In this document: positions 9,860 through 20,245 of the stretch, one piece after another
Numbering within the stretch: the stretch's first letter is position 1
Layout of the letters: each line of letters begins with the position of its first letter
From: Bacteroidales bacterium
Lineage (GTDB): Bacteria; Bacteroidota; Bacteroidia; Bacteroidales; CAIWKO01
Length of the DNA stretch: 64,000 bases
Reading direction: 5' to 3'
Assembly (NCBI GenBank): GCA_035389045.1
Contig: DAOORA010000001.1
Span: 84,017 to 148,016 of the forward strand
Notes under the pieces: model-generated
What the model was told of the DNA's origin: nothing
Database searches by the model: none
Seen by the model: the letters and a program-made list of their open reading frames with translations, nothing else
Made by a program: the position numbers and the translations under genes

Positions 9860-10016
9860 CGGTGTTATCTTTTGAGCATTGGCTACAACGCCGTGTGGCT
9901 GCTTTTGAGCCGAATTTTATTAATCGTTCCTGTCAAAATCCCCATAGCTTTCAAATTTGTCCCGGCTGCGGCATTAAAGCAGACACAAGTTAGCCACATG
10001 TGCATTATGTCATAGG

Positions 10017-11243
10017 TTAATTGTCTGTAATTATTAATTTGTCTGTAGCAATGGTTTTGTTATTCTGGGTAAAACGAATAAAATAAATACCAATTGGTAA
10101 ATTGTCCCGGCGCAATTTAATTTCTTGGCCTGTAATATTTTTTATTTGTTTTACTTGTTGTCCGTATGAATTATATAGTGTCAAGGTTGCGTTATTAAGA
10201 TTGCCATTTGTTTTCAATATCGTTTGATATGAAAATGGATTTGGAAAAACAGAAATAAAGGTATTTCTTTCATATTCAATAATTGCGTCTGATGAATCGG
10301 GAGTATATTCCCATAAATCAGGCATGGCGGGATTGGTAATACCAATACCTACATATGCTCTATTATTAATGACGAAACAAATTGCTTCATGTCTTGGAAT
10401 ACCTCCAAAATTCGCTAATTGTGTCCAAGTGTCATTTGATGGGTTATATTCCCATAAATCCTTTGAGCTATAAGAATAATTACTGCCAGTACATATATAT
10501 CCTCTATTCCCGATTGCAAAACCTACAGCGTTTGTCTTTAAACCACCTCCAAAGTTTGCTTTCTGTATCCAGCTATCATTACTTGGATCATACTCCCAAA
10601 AATCCATTGTGCAGCCATTCCAAATATTATCACCAGTACCTAGATAACATTTATTGCCAATACAAAAAGACACCGCATTTCTTCTTGCCGTACCAGAAAA
10701 GTCAGCTTTTTGTGTCCAAGTGTCTGTTGAAGCATTGTATGCCCATATGTCCTTCCAATCAGCCATACCAAATTCACCTGTCCCAATATAAGCAGTATTT
10801 CCAATAGTAAATGCAGTTGCCAAGTATCTTTCTACACAAGGACAACTTGCTTTCTGTTGCCAAGTATCTAATGAAGGGTTATATTCGTATAAGTCGTTAT
10901 CAAATTGACTATTTCCATCATATCCACCAAATATATAACCTTTACCATTTAAAGCAAAACCAATTGCACCATACCTACCTTGTCCAATGAAATCTGCCTT
11001 TTGAGTCCAAGTGTCAGAAAAGGAATCATATTCCCAAGTATCATTTGTATAAGAATTTGATAAAGTTGCTCCCGTTACCACAAATCCTTTTGTTCCAATT
11101 GAAAATGATGCTGCTAAATGTTTCGGGATGTAGAAATCTGCTTTCTGTGTCCAAGTTCCTTGTCCGATTGCAAGACAAGAAAAAAAGAGTAATAAAACTG
11201 TTAAGGTGTATTTATTATTTTTCATTATCAGGGTTTTAAGCAT
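10017..11243 (-). CDS. Kelch/galactose-oxidase-like beta-propeller protein with a T9SS sorting domain
   Basis: Six repeats of ...WTQKA(D/N)F.G..R..AV.F.IGN(K/R)GY.G.G... The C-terminus ISVFPNPFSYQTILK...IGIYFIRFTQNNKTIATDKLII is a T9SS domain. The true start is probably ATG 11225 (MKNNKYTLTVLLLFF), because 11226-11243 belongs to a leader motif shared with the non-coding leader of 8426-9859. Confidence 0.75.
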   Translation of the reverse strand: MLKTLIMKNNKYTLTVLLLFFSCLAIGQGTWTQKADFYIPKHLAASFSIGTKGFVVTGATLSNSYTNDTWEYDSFSDTWTQKADFIGQGRYGAIGFALNGKGYIFGGYDGNSQFDNDLYEYNPSLDTWQQKASCPCVERYLATAFTIGNTAYIGTGEFGMADWKDIWAYNASTDTWTQKADFSGTARRNAVSFCIGNKCYLGTGDNIWNGCTMDFWEYDPSNDSWIQKANFGGGLKTNAVGFAIGNRGYICTGSNYSYSSKDLWEYNPSNDTWTQLANFGGIPRHEAICFVINNRAYVGIGITNPAMPDLWEYTPDSSDAIIEYERNTFISVFPNPFSYQTILKTNGNLNNATLTLYNSYGQQVKQIKNITGQEIKLRRDNLPIGIYFIRFTQNNKTIATDKLIITDN

Positions 11244-11364
11244 TGGCTATAACGCTTGTGCTAACGTATTATGTTTATTTTTAATATAGTGATGGAATTG
11301 GCTTATCCTTTTTTATGCCTGTAAATGGTTGAAAATTATAGTTTTAGTTTTATTAAAGTCAACT

Positions 11365-11457
11365 GTAAGCATTTGTAAACCTTTGCAACGGATGAAAAGT
11401 TTATTTAATATTTCGCACAAATATATAAATAAATAATTGTAAAAAAAATATTTTAAC
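11365..11457 (-). repeat. Promoter-leader module R1, paralogous to 11984-12084
   Basis: Shares GTAAGCATTTGTAA, a minus-strand TATATTTG box 53-54 nt away (11418-11425), and AAATAAATAA..AAAAAAAA.TTTTAAC with R2. Confidence 0.55.
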
Positions 11458-11519
11458 GAAAACTTTAAAAGGTTTTCGGTGCGATGTTGTAAATTTTACA
11501 CATGCGGGATATGAAGAGG

Positions 11520-11981
11520 TTACATTGCCTTGTCAACAAAGGAAATGTCTTTGCATTTCAACCATTCTATGGCTTCATGTCTATCAAAAAAATACTCAAT
11601 CCGGATTCCTCTATTGTAACCAACATTTTCTAAAAACCTTAGATTTGTTCTGTCGCAGGTGTCTTGCAAAATAAACGCAATCCTGTAAATCCCCGGATTG
11701 TCAGCATTGCTTCTAAAATGTTCGACAACTTCTATCCCTTTAAAAAATGATACATTTCTTTTAACATTTGTCTCGTCGAACAGTAACCTCGACTTGTCCC
11801 TCGCCTGGCACTTGTCTAATGTGAAATCTATTACCGAAAAAATGTTTTTATCATTCAATTCAAATCCAGGGACAGGATTGAAAATTATTCCCCAGTCTGT
11901 AATCTCAATTTGTAGTGCTTGCTCTATCATTGTCTTATTTTTATGAGCTATTACCAAGTGATTAAATTTTATCAAACACAT
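11520..11981 (-). CDS. Hypothetical protein; possibly a STAS/SpoIIAA-like fold
   Basis: 153-aa ORF (an alternative start is MIEQAL at 11931). The C-terminal IRIEYFFDRHEAIEWL resembles the end of DUF3478/STAS-type domains. The assignment is weak. Confidence 0.4.
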   Translation of the reverse strand: MCLIKFNHLVIAHKNKTMIEQALQIEITDWGIIFNPVPGFELNDKNIFSVIDFTLDKCQARDKSRLLFDETNVKRNVSFFKGIEVVEHFRSNADNPGIYRIAFILQDTCDRTNLRFLENVGYNRGIRIEYFFDRHEAIEWLKCKDISFVDKAM

Positions 11982-11983
11982 TG

Positions 11984-12084
11984 GTAAGCATTTGTAATAG
12001 TCTACGATGGTTTAAAAAGTAAATAAAATGCAACTGGCAAATATACTAATATGTAAATAAATAAATGAAAAAAAAATTTTTAAC
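11984..12084 (-). repeat. Promoter-leader module R2, paralogous to 11365-11457
   Basis: Same order and spacing of motifs as R1. The minus-strand TATATTTG box is at 12038-12045, 57 nt upstream of ATG 11981. Confidence 0.55.
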
Positions 12085-12265
12085 ATTTTGTAAATTTGGG
12101 TACTAAATTGCACAATTAGCACAATGCGGGTGAAAAATAAAAAGCAAGGGAATTTTTAATTTTTTATAACGAACCGATAATCAAAAAGAGTTGTGCCCTT
12201 TCTAATTTTGCAAAATTATGGCTATCAGAATATATAGTCATCAAAAGAATCATTAACCGTTCAAA

Positions 12266-14086
12266 CTATTCTTTCACTAATTCCAGCGTCCCCCTGAAAC
12301 CTTTTATCCACTGCGGAACGGCTTTGATGACAATGATGATCAGGCTGACAATGATCAGGATGGTCAGACCCATATTGATCAAGCCCTGCACCATGGTGGC
12401 GCTCACAAACAACTGGGCATAATAGATATTGATGATATTGGAAATACCGGCAACCAGGGTGGTAATTCCCACCAAGACCATGGGAACAATAGTAACCCAG
12501 GCATATCTGGCCTTACCCCGGTTTATGATGAAAGATGTCCCGATGACCAGCGCAATAGTGGCAAGCAATTGATTGGCAGTTCCAAACATGGGCCAGATGG
12601 TGCTTACAGAGCCGGTATAAATAAAATATCCCCAGCAGAAAACGATCATGCCGCTGGTAAGCAGGTTGCCCGGCAGCCAGTCGGCGCGCGAAAACGGCTT
12701 ATAGACCTTCCCTAACGTCTCCTGCAGAATAAACCGGCCGATACGTGTTCCGGCATCGATGGTGGTGAGGATAAACAACGCTTCAAACATGATAGCGAAA
12801 TGATACCAGTACGACATTAAACTCTGTAATCCGGGGATGGAAGAAAATATTTGTGCCATTCCTACAGCTAATGATACGGCGCCGCCCGGCCTGCCGGCGA
12901 CCTTTTCACCAACTTCTGCCGACAAGGTGGCAAGGTTGGTATCCGTAAATCCCATAGAATGTAACATAGGTTCTAAGGCAGCAAATTTTTCCGGAGATAG
13001 ATTAATCTGAAAATAGTCCAAGGGGAAAAGGCTGCATGCGGCAATCAAAGCTAAAATACTCACCATGCCTTCCGACAGCATGGCGCCCACCGCAATCGGC
13101 TTTATGTGAGATTCTTTCATGATCATTTTAGGAGTGGTACCGGAACCGATCAGGGAGTGAAATCCTGAAACAGCCCCACAGGCGATGGTGATAAACAAAT
13201 AAGGAAATAAGGTTCCGGGGATGATAGGGCCTCCGCCATTATCGAAAATAGTAAACGCAGGCATTTGCATATCCGGGGCCACAATGATTACACCGATCGC
13301 CAGCATGGCCACCACCGAGAGTTTCATGATGGAGCTCAGATAATCTCTGGGTGATAACAGCACCCACACCGGAAGCACCGATGCAATGAACCCATAGCCG
13401 GCAAGCAAAAACGTCAGGCTGGGCCTGTCGAAGGTAAACCACGATGCCAAAGGCGACTGCGGAATATAACGTCCGTAGATCACTGCAAGTGACAGTAAAA
13501 CCACCCCCATGACCGTGGCTTCGATTGTCTTGCCTTTTCTTATCCTGAACATCCAGAAACCCATGAATATGGCTATCGGAATGGTGGAGGCAATGGTAAA
13601 CGTTCCCCAGGAGCTTTCTGCCAATGCATTGACCACCACCAGGCCTAATCCGGCCAGGGCTATGATAATAATGACGATTACAGCAACTGAGGTGATGCCT
13701 CCGCTCAGCCGTCCTATTTCCCGTTTTGCAATTTCAGCAAGTGATTTCCCATCGTGCCGTACCGAAGCAGTGAGTATAATGAAATCATGAACGGCGCCCG
13801 CCAGAACGCTGCCCAGAACCATCCATAAAAATCCGGGGAAATACCCGAATTGTGCTGCCAGAACCGGCCCAACCAAGGGCCCCGCACCGGCAATGGCGGC
13901 AAAATGATGTCCAAATAACACCCATTTACTGGTGGGTACGTAATTCTGACTATCCTGCATTCTTCCCGACGGGGTGATGCGTGTATCATTGATCGTTGCA
14001 ACTTTTGCTGCAATGAAACTGAAGTAAAACCGGTAGGCAAGGGCGAAAACAGCTAATGCACCAATTATTAAAGGAATAGCATTCAT
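12266..14086 (-). CDS. cstA: Carbon starvation protein A (peptide/pyruvate transporter)
   Basis: 606-aa polytopic protein. The N-terminus [36 protein letters not shown] is the CstA signature region. Confidence 0.9.
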   Translation of the reverse strand: MNAIPLIIGALAVFALAYRFYFSFIAAKVATINDTRITPSGRMQDSQNYVPTSKWVLFGHHFAAIAGAGPLVGPVLAAQFGYFPGFLWMVLGSVLAGAVHDFIILTASVRHDGKSLAEIAKREIGRLSGGITSVAVIVIIIIALAGLGLVVVNALAESSWGTFTIASTIPIAIFMGFWMFRIRKGKTIEATVMGVVLLSLAVIYGRYIPQSPLASWFTFDRPSLTFLLAGYGFIASVLPVWVLLSPRDYLSSIMKLSVVAMLAIGVIIVAPDMQMPAFTIFDNGGGPIIPGTLFPYLFITIACGAVSGFHSLIGSGTTPKMIMKESHIKPIAVGAMLSEGMVSILALIAACSLFPLDYFQINLSPEKFAALEPMLHSMGFTDTNLATLSAEVGEKVAGRPGGAVSLAVGMAQIFSSIPGLQSLMSYWYHFAIMFEALFILTTIDAGTRIGRFILQETLGKVYKPFSRADWLPGNLLTSGMIVFCWGYFIYTGSVSTIWPMFGTANQLLATIALVIGTSFIINRGKARYAWVTIVPMVLVGITTLVAGISNIINIYYAQLFVSATMVQGLINMGLTILIIVSLIIIVIKAVPQWIKGFRGTLELVKE

Positions 14087-14217
14087 AGCATAGGCAAATT
14101 ATAAACGGCGGCAAATGTAAAAATTAAAATGCTCGGGGTGGTTATGATAAAGCCGAAATAATTACACAAAAATTCAGGTCCGCAGGAAAATACTTTTATT
14201 CAGGATTTTAATGTTTT

Positions 14218-15690
14218 TCAACCCATAGTGAACCACCTGCTGATTTTCTCGTTCGCATCAGGAACTATCTTCCGTATTTTAAATTCGTTGGTTTTTGGAT
14301 TATACTGATAGTCTTTAACCCATTTCTTATGGTTTCTGGCGACCTGGCTTATTGCGTCCGTAATAAAACAAAGTTCATCGCCGGTCATGGTGGGATGCAG
14401 CGAAAGCCTGACCCATCCAGGTTTCTCGGAGAGGTCGCCGTGCGTGATTTTTGAGGTAATATGCCTTGATTTCGGGTAGCTCACATCCAGTAAAAAATGT
14501 CCGTAGGTGCCGGCACAGGCACAGCCGCCGCGCACCTGTATGCCAAAGCGGTCGTTAAGAAGTTTTACGGCAAGATTATAATGCAGGCCGTCAATATAAA
14601 AAGAAATAACGCCGAGCCGCTGACGCATATTATCGGCAAGAATATGAATACCGGGAACTTTGGGAAGTCCTTCAAAAGCTATTTCCAGCAGTTCTTTCTC
14701 GCGTTCCTGAATGTTGTTTATGCCCATTTTATTTTTCAGTTCGATGCACAGGGCGCTGCGTATGGCCTGCAAAAAACCGGGGGTACCTCCATCCTCGCGG
14801 GCTTCTATATTATCAATATATTTATATTCACCCCAGGGATTGGTCCAGTCTACGGTGCCTCCGCCCGGCTGATCGGGTGCATGGTGCGGATACAACGTGG
14901 AGTCAAAGATCAGCACTCCTGAACTACCCGGCCCGCCTAAAAATTTATGCGGGGAAAAAAATATTGCATCCAGTTTTTCCATCGGGTCTGCCGGGTGCAT
15001 ATTCATTTCACAATAAGGTGCAGAAGCAGCAAAATCAACAAAACAGACGCCGCCATAGCGGTGCATCATTTTTGCCATCTGGTGGTAAGGCGTTGTGATA
15101 CCGGTGACGTTTGAACAAGCCGTAAAAGAACCGATTTTAAACTTGCGGTTTTCATATTTTTTAAGTTCCTGTTCCAGATGATTTAAATCAAAGAGCAGAT
15201 CTTTTCCGGGTTTTACGAGCACCACGTCGGCGTTGGTTTCGTACCAGGAAGTGTGGTTTGAATGATGCTCCATGTGAGTGATGAACACCACAGGTTTCTC
15301 GCGTTTCTGAAGACAGTCGCTCTGGTTTATCATGCCGCAGGTACGCAAGCCCAACATCCTCTGCAACTTGTTGACCACGGAAGTCATTCCGAAGCCTGCC
15401 GTAATGATCACATCGTTTTGGGAGGCATTTACATGTTCTTTTATTTTGTTATGCGCCTGATGGTACGAAAGAGTCATCAAAGTACCTGTTTCGCTGGTTT
15501 CCGTGTGTGTATTGCCGACATAAGGGCCAATCTGCTCCGAGATGATTTTCTCTATAGGCCGGTAAAGACGGCCGCTGGCAATCCAGTCGGCGTATATCAT
15601 TTTTACATTACCGTATGGTCCCTCAAAGGAAAGGTCGTTTCCTATGATATTTTTCCTGAATGTAGCAAAGTATTTTTCCAATGATGTCAT
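14218..15690 (-). CDS. Aminotransferase class V-fold PLP enzyme (cysteine desulfurase/selenocysteine lyase-like)
   Basis: 490 aa with HHSNHTSW, SFTACSNVTG and FFSPHKFLGGPGSSGVL (PLP-lysine region) and a C-terminal VRGGCACAG. Confidence 0.8.
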   Translation of the reverse strand: MTSLEKYFATFRKNIIGNDLSFEGPYGNVKMIYADWIASGRLYRPIEKIISEQIGPYVGNTHTETSETGTLMTLSYHQAHNKIKEHVNASQNDVIITAGFGMTSVVNKLQRMLGLRTCGMINQSDCLQKREKPVVFITHMEHHSNHTSWYETNADVVLVKPGKDLLFDLNHLEQELKKYENRKFKIGSFTACSNVTGITTPYHQMAKMMHRYGGVCFVDFAASAPYCEMNMHPADPMEKLDAIFFSPHKFLGGPGSSGVLIFDSTLYPHHAPDQPGGGTVDWTNPWGEYKYIDNIEAREDGGTPGFLQAIRSALCIELKNKMGINNIQEREKELLEIAFEGLPKVPGIHILADNMRQRLGVISFYIDGLHYNLAVKLLNDRFGIQVRGGCACAGTYGHFLLDVSYPKSRHITSKITHGDLSEKPGWVRLSLHPTMTGDELCFITDAISQVARNHKKWVKDYQYNPKTNEFKIRKIVPDANEKISRWFTMG

Positions 15691-15718
15691 ATGCCTTATT
15701 AATGCTCAGGTACGCTGA

Positions 15719-18700
15719 TTATTCGTTGTTTTGTTCTTCCGATTTGCCGATTTTTTTCAAGAAGTCATTTTTACGCTTTTCGGTCGAGATGATGAAGGCA
15801 TACTGCGGAAGTTTGTCTTCTGCCTTCTGTATGTTTTTATCCGACTCCATCGCTTTTTTAATGAGGTCATTATAGTCTTTACGGGAAGAAATGGACTGTA
15901 GTTTGTTTTGCGCATAATTAAAGAAATACCAGGAATTGCCCACTTCGAAATACATATTGATTACGCTTCCGCTTCTTTTTCGTGAGATTTCAATATATCC
16001 ATCAACATATTTATACAATTGATTTTCGTTCATCATGGCAATACCGATTGGGCTTTCGGACACCAATGAGCGGGACTGTTTGTTCCAGGTAAATTTGATG
16101 TCGGACACTACGAGGGTGTGATTCATTTCCTCCGGTATGCTTTTGAATTTTCCTGAAAGGCTGAGCTGGCTGATAAGATCGTCGGCTTTTTTCGGGCCTA
16201 CCATAAAACGCATGGCATTGTAAAACTTGTCTGCGGAAGGATCGGCAGGTTCGAGCATGCCTTCATTGATAATATCCTGGGCAAACAACTGGTAAGCATC
16301 TTTTTCAAAGAAAAAATCAAGGTTAAAGGCGATATCGAAAAACGTATGGTTATCGATCATATTATTGGTGACCGTTCCGAATGATTCAAGTTTCAGCCTG
16401 CCCAGATTTGCACCCATATTCACCCTGCCTTCGCCAAAGATCACACAGCTTTTTTTATCAAGGTAGATATAGTTTTCAGGATTGATATATTTGGCTGATG
16501 AATCTATGACGGGTCCGACAAAATACCGCTGGGATGCTTTGTCATAAGTCAGCTTTCCTGCAGCCGTGATCACGGCCGAATCGCTGCCCTGTTTCTTGTA
16601 CTGTACAAAAGCGGGGTATACCAGCGTAGAGTCCTCGCCAATGTATAAGCCCATGCCCAACGCATTACCCGATGCGCCGGCCACATATTCCCTGGGCTTT
16701 TCCGTAACAGGTATGGCCACATTCAGCGGGTCTATATCCGAAACAAAACGCAACCATCGTGCTTTCATCGTATCGCAATCATGCTTTATGCGAGCGCCGC
16801 CATCGAAATTCAGCAGGGGATTATCGGCATATAAGGATACTTTGCCTGTAAAACCGAAATACGGGCTTAGCATAAAGGCGGTATCTTCCTTTATTTCGCC
16901 GAACCCGTTGGTCTGCCCGGTTTTATCAACCTCTATCCGGTCGAGTACTATCTTTTGCCTGTTATCCATTTCATCCACATAGTCGTAGGTTCCTGACCCT
17001 TTATATAATTTTTTTGAGAAAATCTCTGCTGAGGCATCATAGATGTAATGGAATTTAGAGTCGGTGTTGGCGATGATTCTGGCATTTTTCAAAGGCAGGA
17101 TCTCTGCTTTTTTCAGTATGCTGATCTTTCCCGAATCGGGATAAATAGCCGCATCAGCCACAAGGATCACCGGTACATCACGGGTGTAGATGATATTTTC
17201 GGTAAGGTGATAAAAGGCATCAGGGGCATAAAAACTCAACGAATCCTGCGCAGGATGTTCAGAGACAAAAAAGGATTCTGTGAATTCCTCATCAGCCAGT
17301 TCTTTTAAAGTTTTGGTTTTCAGATACGCATAATCATCTTTCAGACTGCTGTGAAATTCAAGCATGTCTTTGTCCATGTACCAATCGAAATTATACATAT
17401 AACAAGCATAATTGTTGAACGGAAAAGTAATTTTTGAGTTTTCGTCGTTGGATTTGAATTTGCCCAGTTGTTTCTCAAAATCAATGTTGACATTGAAATT
17501 ATCGGTTTTTAAGACCAGTTCGCTGAGATCCGGTGTTTTAAATCTCACATTGGTGGTATCAGATGAGAAAGAATGATGTTTCAGCAGGTATTTGTCCGAA
17601 GTCATTTCTACTTTTCCGAACACCAATGCTCCGTGGGCGGTAAGCGCTTTGGTCGAAAAGGTTAAACCTCCTTTAAGCAGGGCTTTGGAAGCATAAAGGT
17701 CGAAAGGCTTGGATATCTGGTTCACATTCATGATATCCTGATAAGGATACCATTTGATATCAACATCCTCGGCATATACCGGAGGGGTTTCAACCGGAGT
17801 GTTCTTTTCTTTGATGGTATACTGATACGCTTTTGCATACATCGAATCCGGGAAGAAAATAAAATCTTTGGACCGGCACACCGAATTCAGGTATTTCAAG
17901 GTGCCCTTGCCGAGAAAACCTTTGTAGCTCAAGTCTATGATAGAATCGTATATTCCCTTTCCTCCATAGGCCTTATATCCTCCTGCCGGAGTCTGTAAAA
18001 CAAATCCCAGCGAATAGTCGGGCTGAACGGAAAGCGGCTCGATGATATCCGGGAAGATACCGGCAGATACCAGGTAACCGTTGAACTGCTTTCTTTCACT
18101 GTTGTAACTGTCCAGCGTATCGATACGGAAGGGCTGCAAACGGTAATAAAAGCGGTCACGGGTATATACCTTATTGAAAATGAATGGTTTGTCATAATAC
18201 ACATACGCATCCTTTTTGCTAATAAAGGAAGGAAATCCCGGAAAAGATTTCAGCCCGGATTTATTATTGGGATGGTCGATGAGGAGTTCTCCATTAAGGT
18301 TTTCAATAACCGTACGGACTTTTACCAACGGATGATGACCGTATATATCTGTGGGTTTGGTCCGGTCCTGGACTTTAAAACTCATGGAATCGGTCATAGG
18401 CATTTCAAATTTGAACATGTCGTATTTGAATTCAATTTTCTTTCCGTAAAAATCAAACAAACCGGCATGTATCCTGCCATCGAATTCAAAATCACGGTTT
18501 TTTTTCAGAATGAGTTCCTGTTCGTAGGGGTCCACATAAACATATTGCGAATCACTGAGATGAACGCGTGCCACACCACGCAGTTTAAGTTCATTGTTCA
18601 GCAGGTTAAGTGTACCATTGTTCTGTGCTGAAATTACGGAGTTGAACTGTATCACATCATAATCCGTTTTGCCGGATTTGGCGTTGATATAATTATAGAT

Positions 18701-20236
18701 ACGATCTTTCAGCACGACCACGCCATCATCAATATTATAGATGATGAAGCCTTTTTCGGCAAAGTTCAGCAGCAGTGCCTGTACCTGCGAGCGGGCAACT
18801 TTCATGGTGCTGATCACATCCTGTTCCGTAATGACTTTAGTACCTTTTTTATCGGCAATATGTTTTAAAACCACCAGCGGATGGACTTCGTCGAGTCCTC
18901 TCAGTTTTTCCCAGCGGAACTCATTGTAATAATTGTCTGATTCGAAGGTGGCCGTGCTTTCGTTGCCCAGGCCTCTGATAAACGTAAAATCCATCTTGGG
19001 TTGGTCCAGCTTCCAGTACAGCGCCTGGAAATACATGTCGACTTTGTGATAGGTATCAAAATAAGGGCTTTTCGAAATACCGTTATCATCACGGATCAGG
19101 CTTAATTCACGGTTTTCATTATTGTATTTCATGTTAAGCCCCGGGTGAAAAATGGAATCACTCTCGAGGTATATGACTGCGGCGGACCGGTCTGAACCGA
19201 TCAGGTTTTTTTTGATGATGAATTCTTTTGAAGAAAGTTTTACAAAACGTTTATTGTCTTTTTTAATATAGATATAAGCATTATCATTCTGGCTGCCTTT
19301 GCCAATGAGTTTGTTGCCGTACATGGCGAATCCCCCCTCAAAATCAATGTCTTTGAAGATATCTTTTATTTCGAGGTTGTTGTCGAAAGAGGTAAACCGG
19401 GGATACGAAACACGTTCTTCGGCTACATCGGCAAGAACTTTTTCGGTAAGACTTCCCATTAAAGGACGCTGAAAAAAATTAGTGTTATAAAAAGTAACCG
19501 TATCGATCTCAAACTCAGATTTGGTGAGCTGTATAGCATATTTCTTATGAATTTCAGCATGGACTTCTTCCCAGGGAAGCCCTACCCTGTCCCAGTATAC
19601 TTTACCGTCTTTGCCTTCCCATTTGTCCATTGTCGGAAAATATTTACCCTGAGTGCCATAGATACAGGTACTGTCGTTTTTCTTGACACAGGTCAGGTCT
19701 AAAGAGGCGAATTCGAAATAGGGTACTGAGTCGTATTTGAAAATATAATCACCCGAATTTGATTTCCACACAATCAGCTGATTTTCATAAAGATAGTTTT
19801 TTGTGAGCAACAGGTTCGTACCTTCGAGCAGCGCCATAAAACGTATGGTGTTGGTCATTTTTGATAATTTCCGCAAACTAAACTGCCAGGCCTCAAAACT
19901 CTCAACAGGAAGTTTAGAATTATGAAAATTTATGGCACCCCGTAAATACTGTTCAAAGTTGGGATAAGCTTTCATCTTGCGTTTCAGCATGATGTTGCAC
20001 ATCGCATAGATGGAGTCTTTTTCTTCGGCATCGAATTTATTCAGCCACATGGCCGAAAACTCAGTCATAAGGATTTTGCCACGATCTTTCAGCTCCGAAG
20101 AAGATACGGCCTGAAACATATCGGTCAACTCCTTCAAAAAGGTTTCGGAATCGTTTGAAAATTGTTTGAGCGGCTGTGCAGACAAGGATAAGGAAAGGGT
20201 TATAACAAAAATGAGAGGAAAAAATATTTTTTTCAT
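15719..20236 (-). CDS. Very large secreted protein of unknown function (1505 aa)
   Basis: Single uninterrupted ORF with a signal peptide (MKKIFFPLIFVITLSLSLSAQ). No internal repeats or catalytic motifs that I recognise. It starts 10 nt downstream of the prmA stop. Confidence 0.7.
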   Translation of the reverse strand: MKKIFFPLIFVITLSLSLSAQPLKQFSNDSETFLKELTDMFQAVSSSELKDRGKILMTEFSAMWLNKFDAEEKDSIYAMCNIMLKRKMKAYPNFEQYLRGAINFHNSKLPVESFEAWQFSLRKLSKMTNTIRFMALLEGTNLLLTKNYLYENQLIVWKSNSGDYIFKYDSVPYFEFASLDLTCVKKNDSTCIYGTQGKYFPTMDKWEGKDGKVYWDRVGLPWEEVHAEIHKKYAIQLTKSEFEIDTVTFYNTNFFQRPLMGSLTEKVLADVAEERVSYPRFTSFDNNLEIKDIFKDIDFEGGFAMYGNKLIGKGSQNDNAYIYIKKDNKRFVKLSSKEFIIKKNLIGSDRSAAVIYLESDSIFHPGLNMKYNNENRELSLIRDDNGISKSPYFDTYHKVDMYFQALYWKLDQPKMDFTFIRGLGNESTATFESDNYYNEFRWEKLRGLDEVHPLVVLKHIADKKGTKVITEQDVISTMKVARSQVQALLLNFAEKGFIIYNIDDGVVVLKDRIYNYINAKSGKTDYDVIQFNSVISAQNNGTLNLLNNELKLRGVARVHLSDSQYVYVDPYEQELILKKNRDFEFDGRIHAGLFDFYGKKIEFKYDMFKFEMPMTDSMSFKVQDRTKPTDIYGHHPLVKVRTVIENLNGELLIDHPNNKSGLKSFPGFPSFISKKDAYVYYDKPFIFNKVYTRDRFYYRLQPFRIDTLDSYNSERKQFNGYLVSAGIFPDIIEPLSVQPDYSLGFVLQTPAGGYKAYGGKGIYDSIIDLSYKGFLGKGTLKYLNSVCRSKDFIFFPDSMYAKAYQYTIKEKNTPVETPPVYAEDVDIKWYPYQDIMNVNQISKPFDLYASKALLKGGLTFSTKALTAHGALVFGKVEMTSDKYLLKHHSFSSDTTNVRFKTPDLSELVLKTDNFNVNIDFEKQLGKFKSNDENSKITFPFNNYACYMYNFDWYMDKDMLEFHSSLKDDYAYLKTKTLKELADEEFTESFFVSEHPAQDSLSFYAPDAFYHLTENIIYTRDVPVILVADAAIYPDSGKISILKKAEILPLKNARIIANTDSKFHYIYDASAEIFSKKLYKGSGTYDYVDEMDNRQKIVLDRIEVDKTGQTNGFGEIKEDTAFMLSPYFGFTGKVSLYADNPLLNFDGGARIKHDCDTMKARWLRFVSDIDPLNVAIPVTEKPREYVAGASGNALGMGLYIGEDSTLVYPAFVQYKKQGSDSAVITAAGKLTYDKASQRYFVGPVIDSSAKYINPENYIYLDKKSCVIFGEGRVNMGANLGRLKLESFGTVTNNMIDNHTFFDIAFNLDFFFEKDAYQLFAQDIINEGMLEPADPSADKFYNAMRFMVGPKKADDLISQLSLSGKFKSIPEEMNHTLVVSDIKFTWNKQSRSLVSESPIGIAMMNENQLYKYVDGYIEISRKRSGSVINMYFEVGNSWYFFNYAQNKLQSISSRKDYNDLIKKAMESDKNIQKAEDKLPQYAFIISTEKRKNDFLKKIGKSEEQNNE

Positions 20237-20245
20237 AGCACAATT

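Noticed and set aside
15719-20236. TamB/AsmA-like partner of the Omp85 protein
   Set aside because: The genes are 9 kb apart and separated by unrelated genes. I cannot see the N-terminal anchor plus C-terminal DUF490-type pattern by eye. The gene is left as unknown.
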